A stretch of DNA of 64,000 nucleotides from Owenia fusiformis (Eukaryota). This document shows, in pieces, positions 26,801 through 41,800 of the stretch. The translations under genes and the position numbers were made by a program. The notes under the pieces are model-generated. The model ran no database searches. It saw only the letters and a list, made by a program, of their open reading frames with translations, and was not told the origin of the DNA. Position 1 is the first letter of the stretch; each line of letters starts with the position of its first letter. The stretch is taken from the NCBI GenBank assembly GCA_903813345.2, contig CAIIXF020000001.1, positions 28,830,001 to 28,894,000 of the forward strand, in the 5' to 3' direction.

Positions 26801-29800
26801 GGAAATACTAAATATTCAATGATAGTAGTAATATGAAATGATCAAATAATGTTACAGTACTTATCGGTGTGCTGTTGTGGTGCAAAATTTGATATAATAT
26901 AGGAATAGATGGTGGAGTGCCAAGATCATATGAGCAGGAAAGAGATTTGTAAGTTACACAGTTGTGACGTTGCTCCACTTACCCTCGACTCCCGTTACCA
27001 TAACAACCATAACCTTTTCATTTTGAAACTGAAAGTCCTGACAGTTGCAGGATATATTGTTATAATGTCATTCTACATTCTGGAGCAACTTCATCTCATA
27101 ACAGGTAAATCCCTTGAAATTAGAGCATTTGTATCTTTACTTTCCGGACACCCTGTACATAACAAAAGTTATAAACATACAGAACTTTCAAGGAGAATTT
27201 ATGATTTAGGGGCAATTTTAGCAAAAAAAACACTGAAACTGTGAATGCTCCTTTATATGTGTTTGATATAAAATGTAAAAAGGTGACTATTTTCAGGCTC
27301 AAAGTCAATATCAAAAAGAAATAATTTCAATAAATCTATTTAATAATAGTGGACCATAAGCTATTAACATAACATTTGTTTACAATTGATCATTTACTAG
27401 CACCTTGTGCTATTGATTGTGATATCTTTTGACCTTTACTAACTCAGAAGCTAAAATGTTAATGTGACTTGTGGTCCATTAATTTCAAACAAACAATAGT
27501 AAGCAACAGCAACGCTGTATAGTATATCCCATTAAACATTACAAATTAGGCAATATTTTAAACCAAAAAGACACATGTTTATAATGCTATTGATAATCAT
27601 ATAAAACATTTCATTATTGCCATTTTAATGCTAATATGGACAGTCAAAATATATTAGTTAAAAGAGAACCTTATACAAACATGTAAGAAGTAATGTTGGA
27701 CTCAGAGACAGACAGACGGATAGAAAGACAGACATCCTGTTATTCTATTAATCCCTAAATTTCAAACTTGTCAGGGATAACTAATGAAGTACAAAGAACA
27801 ATAGATTTTAATGTCAGATTCCGTGTAAAAATTTACAAATGTGAAACAGTGATTCATACTTTAGAATGACTTATAAACACCTAAAACATACAATATTGAT
27901 AAAGATCAAACACAATATGGGGAGCTTCTTACCATTGTCATTCATGGCATTGTTTGGTTTATTATTACTTATCATAACATATACCGAAAATAACTTAACA
28001 ACAAGAAGATCAGGACTTGGATCTGAAATCAGTATGTGTAGGCATTTACGATATTTGTCCGATGAACATAAGCCAAAAAGTAAAAAAACTGAACTTAAAA
28101 TGAATATCATTGGCTATGATGAAATGGCAAAATGTAACCAGGATGCATGTAGTTTAAACTCCAAAAGGGAACCACCAAAGATTCGTATTGATACACAGAT
28201 TCCATGTATCCATGTAAAAGATTGTGTCACCATCATATGCAAGACAAGACACAGACTTGATTTAGTGAAAAGAATGATCCTATCTGTTTGGAAATACTAC
28301 CCGGGAATGGAGGTCATCGTTGTGGATGATTATAATGAAAACTTCCCAAATGAAACTGAGTGGCAATCATTTGTGCTTGTCAACCATAATGTGCATTATT
28401 TACAATCTCTTGTATGGGCAGGTACATCATATGGACGCAACATAGCAGTAAGAATGGTTAAAACAAAATATTTTTTCCAACTGGATGATGATAATTTATT
28501 CCTTCCAGAGACTAACCTTGAGAAGTTGGTGAATGTTTTGGAAAACACTGACATCAGTATAGTAGCTGCTCATTACAATGATGCTGCATATTTTGGTTCA
28601 ATGTCGATAGGTCACGATGACACAAATGGTACAGTATTGCACCATTACAAGCATGTGGTGTTTGGGAGAGTCCCATGCTTCAGTGATTGCTACTCCCTGG
28701 ATGTTCCTCAAAATACATTCTTGGCAAAAACTAATCACATCAAACAAAGTGGAGGATGGGATCGAGAAGTTCGCACGATTGAACACTTTGAATTTTTCAT
28801 CAATACACGTAAAGAAAAACTAAAAATTGCAGTGTGTTTAGATGTAGAAATAACAGAAAAAAGCCCAGTGCCCAATCTTCTAAGATCGAGCAGGAGCCCC
28901 AAAAAGCAAGTGTATCTCCCTATGATTCTAGATAAGTGGAACTTAGACAACTGGCTAATGTTCTGTGATCCAGAGCGCTACTATCACCCTGGTGGTGAAA
29001 ACAAAAACTGCTCTGGTGATGCTTTGAGAAAGTCTCAAATTAGCAGTAAGAGATTTGCAAGAAAGGATGTGGAGGGCATTCAAGATAATTTGAAATTTGA
29101 TAAAAACTAAGAGAAAATGACTTGCATTGTGTAATGAAAAATCTTAGACACACCCTCAGAAAATCCTCATCTGAAGAGAGCGCCATCATTCACAACGAAT
29201 TATTAGTTATCTTTACCTCTAAATGTGATTTTCTTTCTATGACCATGATAAAATTCACCCAATTGATCATTGGATGCAAACCTTCATGAAGGGGCAAAAC
29301 AAATGCAAAAAGTCCCCTCAGCCACCATTAACTAAACAATTTAATTTGGATTGTTCCATATTCAGCTTTGTTTTGTTCATTTATCAACTGTGATTTGTGG
29401 TAACAGAATTTTCCCTCATATTGAGAGATTTATATCCAACATATGTTATAACTTGCATAGGAATACATGATGTTAGGACATTTTCATGTTCATGAGATTC
29501 ATAAATACTTTAACATGAATTCCAATAGGGATAACAAGGCATTAAACACAACACGACTGGTTGCAAGATTGGTTGCAACAACATAACAATACCTGGTTGC
29601 AATTACAAAACAAATGCAACAAGAACAGACCCCGATGCTGAATTCTAAATACCAATCACTGTTGTAGAATGCTAGTCACAACCACCACACACTGACCACC
29701 AAACACCGAACACTGTCCACAAAAAGGTTGGAGATTTGTGGTGGTGACATAAAAATGGTGGCAAGAACAGTATGTCATCACTACTAGGTGGTTTTTCTGC

Positions 29801-32800
29801 TAATTCCATAATCCATATATAACGATTACAATTTGCATTGTGTAAAAAGACAAGCTTGACATTTATGTGAACTATGTTGGTTATTTTGACAAACGCATTA
29901 ATTAAAAAAAATAATACGTGTCAAGGTTATACAATTTTATAAATAAATAAATCATTGTAAATTGTACAATCAATTCACCCTATTACTGTAATTAAGCCTT
30001 ACTGCTTGTTAATCCAATATTTTAATAATCCATGTCCATTCTCCCTTCATCTGACACTGACCTTTAAAGGCTAATGTTAGAACTCTCATTAAAATGTCAT
30101 ACAAGTCTAGCTATTTAGAAAAACAACAACTCTCCAAAGTAGCAAATCCCCTGAACAAAATGTATTTTATCAAATCTCTCTTGATTTTGATATTTCATGA
30201 TAAAAATAACAAGGGAGGATTTTATACAAGACATTCCTCTTTAAGACCTGTTTACTTGTGGCACTAAGGGAACTGCATTTCGAGGGATACACTTTATGAC
30301 AATACTTGAATGAGAGAGGTGAAACATCACAATACGTGGGTGGGCAGTAATGGGCCAAAGAGCAAGGCCAAAATCAAAAAGGTGCTTCACATTAATCTAT
30401 TCGGAAATATTAGTCATACTACATAAGATAATCATGCATCATAACTTAAAGCATCCTCCAAATGCAGGCTCTAGCCATCATCTACAAAGTTCCTCTCTTC
30501 TTCCAGGGTGGAAGAATGAGGTACAAGTTCTGGAAACCTGTGTTCGGGGGCTGAACTTGGCACAGAAATTTAAAATTAATTACCTTTGAGCAAAGCATGT
30601 AGAATAGCATAGTCAATATCACTGTTGGCTTGCGCTTTGCTATCAAGTTGGAACACAGTCATCAGTTCTCTCATTTTGATGCATTCTTTAAGCCATCCTA
30701 TATGACGAGAGAGATTCTTTTCCCCAAATTCTGTCTCAAGCTTTTTGGTGAGCTCAACCTCTAATGATGGGTCTATTAGGGTGATTGTCCTGAAAGCAAA
30801 TTAACAAGGGATTAACATGCATTTGTTACAGATGCCAGACATTGAACATCAACCGCCAAACACAATATGTCATCACTCCTGTGACATGAAAATTAACACA
30901 CAGCTATTTTGAGTTTTTCTTCCATGTGATATAGCAAAAAAAACAAAATGTATGTTTAACAGACATGTTTAATACTATTAAAATTCCATAAATTGGTGTC
31001 AGATACCATAGTGTGGCAGCAAATTCCATGACACCATTTAAAAATATACATGTTCTCACTAAATAGAAACAGAATTGAGTATGAATGATTGCCGAAATAG
31101 ATGGTTGGATGAATGAATTGACTGACTGACTGCACCTATTATCATAATCTTACTTTTTCACTTTCCGTCCCAGCTGATCAACAACCTCTATCTCTTCTTC
31201 TTTAGTTTTTGAGTATGCATAAGCAAGTATATCAGCTGCTCTGCCTGAGCCCTCCACTATAACAGCTGGGGTGTTGTTCTGCATGGCTGATTTCACTGTC
31301 TCCAGTGTCCCAGGTCCTCCCTCCAGTACCACACATACAATAGGTATAGACACTGCATCTAAAACACCACACACAATATAGGTATAGACACTGCCTTTAA
31401 AGAGGTATTTGAGACATTTCAGACTGTATATAGACACAACATATATGATAGACGCTGCATTTACCTTAAATACCACATATTCATTAGGTATTTGAGACAT
31501 TTAAGACTGTATTTAAGACACAACACATACAATAGATGCTGCAATTATCTAAAATACCACATATAAAATAGGTATATACACTGCCTTTAAAATACCACAA
31601 ATGCTTCTTAACCATATGACACTAGCATATAAACTTCAACATGCTATATTTCAGTTATCGCCTTGACATACAGACTGATAGACAGAAATGTAGAGAACTG
31701 CAATAGCTCATCAAGTGAGTAAAACATTGGGGGTTCAGGCCCGTAGCCAGAATTTTCCAAGGGGGGGGTTCGTTTTTCTAAAAAATTCTAGGGGGGTTCA
31801 CTTTGGCAAATATGGCCAAAAATCACTCAAAAATTAGTCAGAATGGTGAAAAACTGCATGATTTTGAAAGAAATTTTGGCCAGGGGGGGTTCGCCCGAAC
31901 CCCCCGAACCCCCCTGGCTACGGGCCTGGGGTTTGTATCAAAAATAACAAGACACACAGTGATAAATATCACACCTTTTATTGAAAAATTCAAAAAGGCC
32001 TAATAAGAGCTAACAAGATCTTGGCACTCGTCTCCTATTGCATCCGTAAAAAGTTCAAGTTAACAGGTAAGCCGTTTTCATGCCAATGACAAGATTTATG
32101 TAGCCACTGACTTCCCATATACCCAACAGCACAAGATTTGTCAAAGTGCCCCCCGCCTGGGATTTTTTTAAAAGAGTACCCCTCCCCTTGGCAAAAGCTG
32201 GCTACAAGGCTGATACTGGCCCCAATTTTTAAAATCCTTAAGCATCGTCAGAAATCAACCTCTTAACCATTATAACATAATATATCCAAAACCCACTCAA
32301 TGATTATTTCACTAATTGATATTTATAGACAAGTTGATATCAAATGTCACATGAGTGGATGGATGTTGATATCTGATGTCTACAAGTCATTGGAATTATA
32401 TTATAGGAACTAAGGCTCAATTAAGAAATAAGGATTTTATCTTGAGATAATCACAATATTTTTAAGTGAGGAGCATAAAACTTGTGGAGATTAAATGCAT
32501 TATATATGCAAACCATCATACTTTTGACATTAGTAAATTTCTCAGCATCATACACTTATTTTTGGCAATCATAAATTTGTCAGATGATTTTAGTTAAGGA
32601 TTAAAATCTCTGACCAAAAACATGTGCAAACTAGATAATGGCAACTCCGCGGAGTAGCAAATCCCAACGAACAAAATATCAATTACCGAATTCCAATCAA
32701 TTATACTCATTACTTTGGTTAAAATTGAAAAATTTAGATTTTAGAATTGCGAATTCCTGCAAAGCAGCCATTTTGAATTTTCTGAGGTACAAATCTGAAA

Positions 32801-35800
32801 AATAATAGCATAATTGTGATCTACTCCAAAATTCCTTCAATTTGAGTATAATATAGCCATACTTTGAAGGGATCGAAAAATGATTGCGAAATCATACATT
32901 AGACGACCATTTTGAATTTTACGAGGCTCGAATCAGAAAAAAATACAATATTTGCAATCTACTCTTAATTGCCTTTCATTTGAGTATAATAAAGCTATAC
33001 TTCAGAAAGATCTAAAAATTAGCGAAAATTTCTGTTTTCCTGACCCCCCCATACACAGCCCCTGGGGGTCAGGATGAAAAACACGGAATATATGTGAAAT
33101 AGATAGATGTTGCGAATATACTACCAAAATTTCAAACAATAATATTAATTACTTTGGTTTAGAATGAAAAATTTATGATTTTTGCGAAAAAGTCCCGTCA
33201 TTTTTAAAGCGGCGGCTATCTTGAAAATTTTTTTTTTGCGTAAAACTATTTATCAATATACATCTTTCCACCAAATATGAAGAAAATCCGTCTACTAATA
33301 TTTGAGTTATCTTCCGGACGGACGGACGAACTGACTGACGGACTGACGGACGGAGGGCTTCACTATATCCCTACCGAACTTCGTTCGTTGGGATAATCAT
33401 TTCAAATCATCAAAACAGAAAATATTTATTTGGTTCATATAAATGTTCCATGCTTATATTAAATGCATCATACAACATGAATAAATCACTAGAAAATATT
33501 TTTCAATGAAAAGTGTACTTTTTGAATTACATCTTTAAATAGGAAATCTTTCATCAGGAATATGTTATCACTCGTAGTATTGAAATGCATAAATATAACA
33601 TTTTTTTATAGATTAACAATTTATTTCATCATATAAATATTTTCATACATTATAGCTTGCCAATTACTTTACTGGCATTATAGGCTAAGCTGAACAACAT
33701 AATATTAAGTACAAATGTAAATGTATGCAACAAGGAAGCATAAAGGCAAGATATGTAAAAAGGTGTGAAATTGGACAGGCTTGGGTTTATGTGTCATGGT
33801 CTCGGTGAGGGAATAGTGGGAATAGGTAAAACTTGCATGGAGGGTCCCATAGGGAAATATAACTATAATGTTATGTGTTCTTTATCAAAAAGTTGGTAAC
33901 AAGAGCAAAAAGTTCATTATTTTGTGCTAAGGATAGTATGTCATATTTCAAAAAATCTATAGATTAGTTTTTATTCTTTATGGTTATAGGCTTATAAAGT
34001 CTCAACAAGTGTGAGAAAAGTGTTTCTATTTTGTGAAATGTTTGAACAATAGAGGAATAAGTGTTTAGGCGTTTCAGGTACGCCGCAGTGGAGTGTTTCA
34101 ATATAAGTGAAGTTGTGGCCATATAATTGAGCTTTTGTGAGCAGGTCAACTCTGAACCTATTAAGGATTATTTCTTGATTTCTTATTAGCTTTAACTTAG
34201 TAGTTGGGTGAAAGTCAGGCTTCGGAATTTTCTTTTTTTGTAAATGATTGAAGCTGAAAAGTGTTTTACAATTTCTAATACGCTTAGGTAGCTTATTCCA
34301 ATGGGAGATGACACTGAGGATAGACAATTTTCTAAATTTGGTTGAGCATTTGGTCGGTATTTAGAAGTGAAGATTGGATCTGAGTTCTTGAGGGTTTTGA
34401 ATTCTCAGAGGTTCAAATATCTGTCACATAGCTTTGAGTGAGACTATTTTTAACTCTAAACATAAATTTATTTATTTGCAATGACTGCCTTGTATCTAGA
34501 TCAAGCAATATGAGGGTATTCTTTACTTTAATTAAACTAATTTATTTTATAAGGGCAGCTTGATAAAATAGTTTATCTAATATGTTAAGGATACATTGAG
34601 TAGAAGAATCATACAGTATTGCCCCATTTTCAAAGTGTGCAGGAATGAAAGACATGAACATTTTTTAGAGGACATTAGAATTGAGTTTCTTTTGAAGTGA
34701 TCTGAGAGGGTCCAGAAGCTTGTTTACTTTGTTTGTTATGGCTAATATATGTTGTTTGTGAGATAAATGCTCATCAAAAGTATAGCCTAAGTGTTTATGC
34801 GACGTTTCCCTTTTTATTAAAGCATTACTCATATAGGTATTGGTTACTTGACCAATTTTAATTTTAGAATTAGGAAAAACTATTTCGACACTTTCTTCAG
34901 GGTTAAAACAGAGTTTCCATTTATACTCTATTGCTTGAGTGACTTTAGTATCAATTTCAGAAGGATTTTTAGTACTAAATGGGAAGTAAATGGAAGTATC
35001 ATCTGCATTTATAAAAACAATCAGTATCTATGTTATCAGGAAGGTCATTTATATATATTAAAAAGAGAAGGGGACCTAGAATTGAGCCTTGTGGTACTCC
35101 ACTTTTGATAGCATGCATTTGTGATAGACATGAAGAGGATCCCGAAATGTTCACTCTAACTCTTCTTTCGCAAAGATGAAATTTAAGGAGATTAAGAACC
35201 TGTCCATGCAGTCCATATGATTTTGATTTGAGTAAAAGAAGATTGTAGGGTATGCAGTCAAAAGCTTAGACGATATCAAGAAAAAGTGCTTTAACTCCCT
35301 CATCTTGGTCAAAATTTGATTGAATAAGATGTTCGATGGCAACAAGTTGGGATTGGGTACTATGACCCGGCAAAAATCCAGATTGAAATTTGAATAACAA
35401 ATCATTTAAAATGAGATGTTTTTTAATTCTGTTGGTAATTATTCTTTCAAAAAGCTTTGATATACAGTCTAAAAGGGTGATAGATCTATAATTTGATAAG
35501 TCTGACTTACTATTTTTCTTTTGGATTGGGCACTACCAATCTTCAAAGTTTTAGGAAATACACTATACTGCAGTAGGATGTTAATCTAGACAACAGCAAC
35601 GCCAAAGCGTAGCAAATCCCATCAAACTGCCATGGCTGGCATTTTTACAAACAAAGTATATAGCAAAAATGGCAGCCATTTTTCAAAATAGCCACTGTTT
35701 ACCAAATGTGTCAGTAGATAGTGTGCCATGCTTATAGTATTCACATACCAAATATAAACAAAATCACTTGACTACTTTTCAAGTTATAGTAAAAAACGTT

Positions 35801-38800
35801 AAAATGGCAGCCATTTTTCAAAATGGCCACCTTCTACCAAAAGTGTCATTAGACAGTGTGCCATGCTTATAGTATATGAACAAATCGCTCCACTATTTTT
35901 CGAGTTATAGTAAAATACGTTAATATGGCTGACATTTTTCAAAATGGCCGCCTCCTACCAAAGGTGTCATTAGACACTGTGCCATGCTTATAGTATTCAC
36001 ATACCAAATATGAACAAAGTCGCTCCACTACTTTTTGAGTTACAGCAAAAATCGTAAAATAACGAGTAAAGGATGCCATTTTTCACGATGGCTGCCATGT
36101 GCTTCTTTAATATCTACATTTCTAGCTATTTGAGTTATTGCCCGGACGGTCGGTCGGACGGACGGACGGACGGACGGACGGATGTACAGACGGACGGAGG
36201 CATTCCCTATATCCCTCCGAACTTCGTTCGATGGGATAATAACTTAGTCAAGGGATGAGCGATAGTATGAGCACTTAAATGGAGCATTTTATTAGTTATG
36301 ATATCAGGGCCACATGTCTTAGATGTGTCCAGACCGGAGATAAGTTTCATGACCTTGGATATATCAGTTCTAATTGAAATAAGCAGGGAGTCTGTTTGCA
36401 TTGGGAAGGCTGGTTTGTAATCACTTGAGATATTGTGGTCATATTTTCCAACAAAAAAAGTTAAGAAAGCCATTGACCTTATCAGTGTTTGTATTTAAGA
36501 TTTTCCCATTAGTATCAAATAGAGCTGGAATACTGTTTGAATTGTTGTTTAAATATAACATGAAAACTACACAACACAAAATGGAACACCACTTTGTCAA
36601 TGGGACTTGGTATGTTTCTGTTAATATACACCCAGCATGTGAGTCTCACACAGTCTTAGTATAAATAATTAGTGAATGGTCCTTGGATATAATATTTCAT
36701 AAGTGTAGGCTTAATAGCAATACCAGAGAGTGTACTATATACAAAACTATTCATAATTCTCTACATGAATATATTAACCTAGGATGAAGACCTATCTGTA
36801 CATGTAATAAAATAAAACAATAATCTACAAATAAAACTATAATGATGACAAAATGGATGTGCTCTAACACTAAAGTAAGGATAATACTATCATGCTTTAT
36901 TTGTATTGCTATTATCGGCATACTTTCACGGACAATGATGGTGCAATATGTACTTGTGCTCACAAACCATTCATATCATATGTATGACAGAACCATGAAC
37001 AAACTAGTACATGATTGGACAAATGATGAGGAAACAAGAACTTATAAAACTGAAGAACATGTGTACGGTGAGTTTTCATTTGTTAAAAATCCAAAATGAT
37101 ATGAGTAAGGGATGAGTGCTCAGTATACTTTTTGATTGAATTAAGGTTTTGGGAAGCTTCAATTTACAAGATCTAATTACTTCAAAAATCATAGGGTCAG
37201 TCTCATAGTAATTTTAAAATCCCATTCCCATAATAACATCTTTAATTTTTCAGATAAACATCATCACAAAGGTTGCAAGAGAGATAAAAATTCACCATCA
37301 TATTTAAGTGGAATCTTTACCGAGCCATCTGTTCAACTTGACTTTGATAAGAGAATTTTCTCATATAACGTAAGTGTTGACTTTGAGACCTTCTCTGTTA
37401 GGATTTGGTCAGTTGCAGAACAGTGTGACAGTGAAGGATGGATCAGAGGAAAGAAGGGCAAAATAAGGTAATCTGGAAAAGGCACAATGTGGCAACCATG
37501 TTTATGGTCTTGCCTCAAGCTATTTTAATTGTACAACCACTTTCTGAGTATAGTCAAGTATACTGGCCATAGTCATTATGTAATGACATGGGAGACTTCT
37601 ATTATATACAATGAGACATATGAGGCTAATATAAATAAATCAATAAATTATTTGAATTATTTATCCAGAGATACACATTGGGTGAAAAAGAGTTCCATCT
37701 GTATAGTACTGTACAACAAATTCCTCATCCCCCTAAGCAGGTATCCAGAATCCGTACCTCCTTCTTCCCCCTACTATAACCAATTTGGAAGTGCCCGATT
37801 AAACTGAATCACGTGATCTAATTATGCGCAATGACTTAAACATGATTTCTGTCGCAGTGTTGCGACAGCCAATCAGATTGTGAGTTCTTAATCGGGGAAA
37901 TGGTTACTGCTTATTGCAGGGGGTAAAAAGAAAGAATATATTCTGGATTTTGAAGCCCTGTGATCGGAGGATGCAAATTCCTCCAAATGACTAAACTGAT
38001 CTTAAAATGTATATTTTCAAATTCTGTATAGAGGGAATTATGTGCTGGGACTCCAGACAACTGTGATTGAAATTGTGGTATTTGATGTAAGTAAAGACCC
38101 TCCAGTGAATACCACACGATATATACTGAATATAAGCCGAGAACCAAGGAGTCTGCTACATCATGAAGATTTCCAAACAGAAGACTTGAATAAGTTGAAG
38201 GTTTGCATGTTGAGACAGGATTGTGACCGGCTGATCTACCCTAATGAGCCATGTGGACTGCAAAGGATGGGTTACAACTCATGGCAATCTACAAAGAACC
38301 ATGTCAAAAATTTTGCAGACTGTCTCTCTGGGAATGAGCCAGGTAAGAGGTGGATTATACAACAATAACTCTGAATCATCAAACATAGAATATTTTTGAA
38401 TATAGAAGTCTATAGCAGATTAAAGAGATTTGTTCACATTGAGATTTGTTCAGATTAAAGAGAGGTCGCTGTAATTCACTTGCTTCCAATGAAACCTGAG
38501 TTGGGTTTATAAACCTTTTCCCTATCATAAAATATAGAATTATGATCATAATTATATTCAGGGGCCTGGTTGGTACCATGTATAGACTGCAATGATGATA
38601 AGAAATGCTATTGGAATGAAGCAATATGGCAGCCAAACAACTGTTCCTACCATAGTCCTACCCTAAAACAAATACAACACAGTTTTCAAGGAAAAAAGGT
38701 AAACATTCCCTCTAGTTACATAGTACCCTTTCCATTCATTCGACTTTGCTTCAGAAAGTATTTTATAGCTAGGCTCTGCGCACTGGGTAGTTATATAGTC

Positions 38801-41800
38801 CAATTCACTACAAAATACTTATGCATCGATTCACCTGTAACATTATTTTCATTTCTCTTAGGTTCTTTTCCTGGGAGATTCAACTCTCCGTGGAATGATG
38901 TATTTTCTGATTGAAGCTGTGAACGGAAGCCTCACTGAGTGGGAGAAGTCCCATGATGTACTGGTGTACAATTCTCTGAATCAAAACCATACTTCAGTGA
39001 ATTTCATCTACTACCCTCAGTTGCCAGGAATGGCTGAACATCTCATGGATATCAAAGAGGCTCTTACATATCTTGTTAAAATGTAGGTGCAATGAAACCT
39101 GTAAAATGAAACACCTCTAGAAATGGAACACCTCTCTTAGTTGAACACTTTTCAGAGGCCCAAGACCAATGTTTTACATGTTAGACTTAATGTTAAATGA
39201 ACCTCTATAAGTGGAACACCTCCCAAGTGGAACACTTTTAAGAGGTACAAAAGGTGTTTCACTTCAGGTTTTCTAGATGAATTGAAGACCACCTTCACAC
39301 TTAGTCTAATAAAATACACTTAGTATGGCACGCAGATTATCTGGATGTTTTTGAATATAAATTGATTACTGTTGAATTTATTACAACATCTAATTTTGCG
39401 ATACACAATCACAATAATTGCCTAACATATTGTTATGATTATGACTTAATGCCTTTAAAAACTGGTATTTTGGCCATAACTTGAATACCGCTTGACAGAT
39501 TTCATTCATGTTTGATTCATCATTTGGATTTCAGGTCAGGCCAACTTAGAAATAACAGCGATACTGTGCTAGTCATAGGACGGTATACAAGTATAGATAA
39601 GAAGGATTTTCCAGTTCTGATGTCAACATTAAAGCATCTAGGGCTAACTGGTATAAGGATAATCAGGAAAACAAAGGGATGTGATAATTGTGAGGTTAGT
39701 CGACCCTTTCCTTCCCCATTCCTCATGTCTGGCATGTTATAATAATTAAATGTGGCATTAACATGCAAAATGTCACCACCAGCCATTTGCTACAGACACC
39801 AACCACTGAATGCCAAACACTGTCCACAAAAATGTTGGAGACTATAACAATATATCTCCGCCACAAAAATATATCACCACTTGTGGTAGTGACAAAACAA
39901 CAAGTGTGACGAAACTTCTCTAAATCTGCAAATGTGCTTTTTTATATTAATCAAATAGAATCCTTACATTCAGACACCATAATATCCAGTCCATGATAAT
40001 ATGTACATTACTTTTTCAGAAAAATGCAACTGCTTCGGCTATACTGAATGATGATATAACAGCAGAAGCTAAACGTTATGGGTTCGAAATCCTTCAGACA
40101 TTTCCTATCATTATGTCAAGGTACAAAGATGTGACGTATAGCAGTACATGTGCATTGCATTACCATACAATCGAAAAGGTACGCACCATTTGTCGTTATT
40201 ATTTTAAAACCATATGATTTAAACTTCATTTATCACTTTACTTTAGATTAAAATACATGAACACTTACATTGCTATTGAATACTAATTAATCACGAGTAT
40301 ATGATTTACTGGTATAACCTATCGATTTTTAGCTTCTCAGTCAAGTCTATCCCCGGGAGCCTATCCTATTACCATGTGATTTTGTTCATTAATAGGTGTC
40401 ACATACGATGGAGAGAAATGTAACAACGATTAAGAATGATCGCCAGACAAGTCAACAGCATGATATGTACCATGTATATGGAGATGTCATGGCTGCCTAC
40501 TCAAACATGCTTATAAGCATGCTTCATGGACATTGGTCCAAAAATGGTGATGTCATGAACATACCTTAAACATTTTAAATTCAAAACCATTTCCTACAGA
40601 TTTAATTCACATCAGGAAGACACAATTATTTACGACCAATTGTTTTAACAAACAGAATCGTTGTAAAAGATCTGTTGTTATGCCAAACATTAAACATAAC
40701 CAATAAGGCGAATCATATTGAAAGATCAACATCAATTTAAAACCAGCAGCCATTTTGAGGATTAACTTTCAAAAGAGAATACAGATATACATATACAGAT
40801 GAATCTAAATGGATGGAGGCATTCTCTATTTCCCTCATAATAATCTTGTATATGTGATAAATAGTGGGTAAAAGATCCCTGAATCTTGGGAGTCAATAGT
40901 CATATGAGAAGTGATCTTACCATCTCCCGTATTAGTCTTCATGACAGATATTGCACTTTCAAGGGCAGTCCTGAATTTGATCTCAGTGGCAAATGTGTGT
41001 TTAGTTCCATTATCCACAAGTATAAAATGTGAATGATTCAGATCTATAGGACTCTCTTTTCTCCTTGGTTTTGCCTCAAGTTTATATGGGGCTGGCCAGC
41101 AACCCTGAAAAATATATGATATGATGATCAGTAGTGCAATATTAAGGATCTCTCTGAAAGACATCAAATCACTACAGTATTACAGTTACAGTATTTATTA
41201 ATGGGGGTATATGTTTCCATTAACTCATTTGCTGCTTTCAGTCAGCTTGTGTTTACAAAAGAATATCGATAAAAGATATGAGGTTGTAGATTGTGGTCCT
41301 TGACTTTAATCAAAACGGGATAGAAATGTCGGAGTTTAGGTTCTAGTCTATGGATTTGTGCACTGTAATCATGTATCTACATGTATATGTATTATGAAAC
41401 CCAAGACACTTAAATAAACTTACATGTACAATTCTACAATCATGCCTATGTTTTGTATACCTACATTTTTATTTATGACACTTTCCACATTGGCTACACA
41501 ACCCCAGGGGGAGATTCCTATGCAAGTGACTTTGTTCTTGCTGGTAGCTGCAAAGGAGTAATCCCTCACAGCCTCCCCTACATGCTTCATTACACCTGCA
41601 TGCATTCCCCCAGTAATAATCCAGGCACCTGGAATTTAAATGTTATTTAATTAATATACCTCAATAGAAAACAAGGCATTAACATGCAAAATATCACCAC
41701 CTGCCATTTGTTACAGAGACCAACCACCCAACACCCAACAATGTCCACAAAATGTTGGCGACTATAACAATACGATGTATCATATGTATCATATCTTTTG

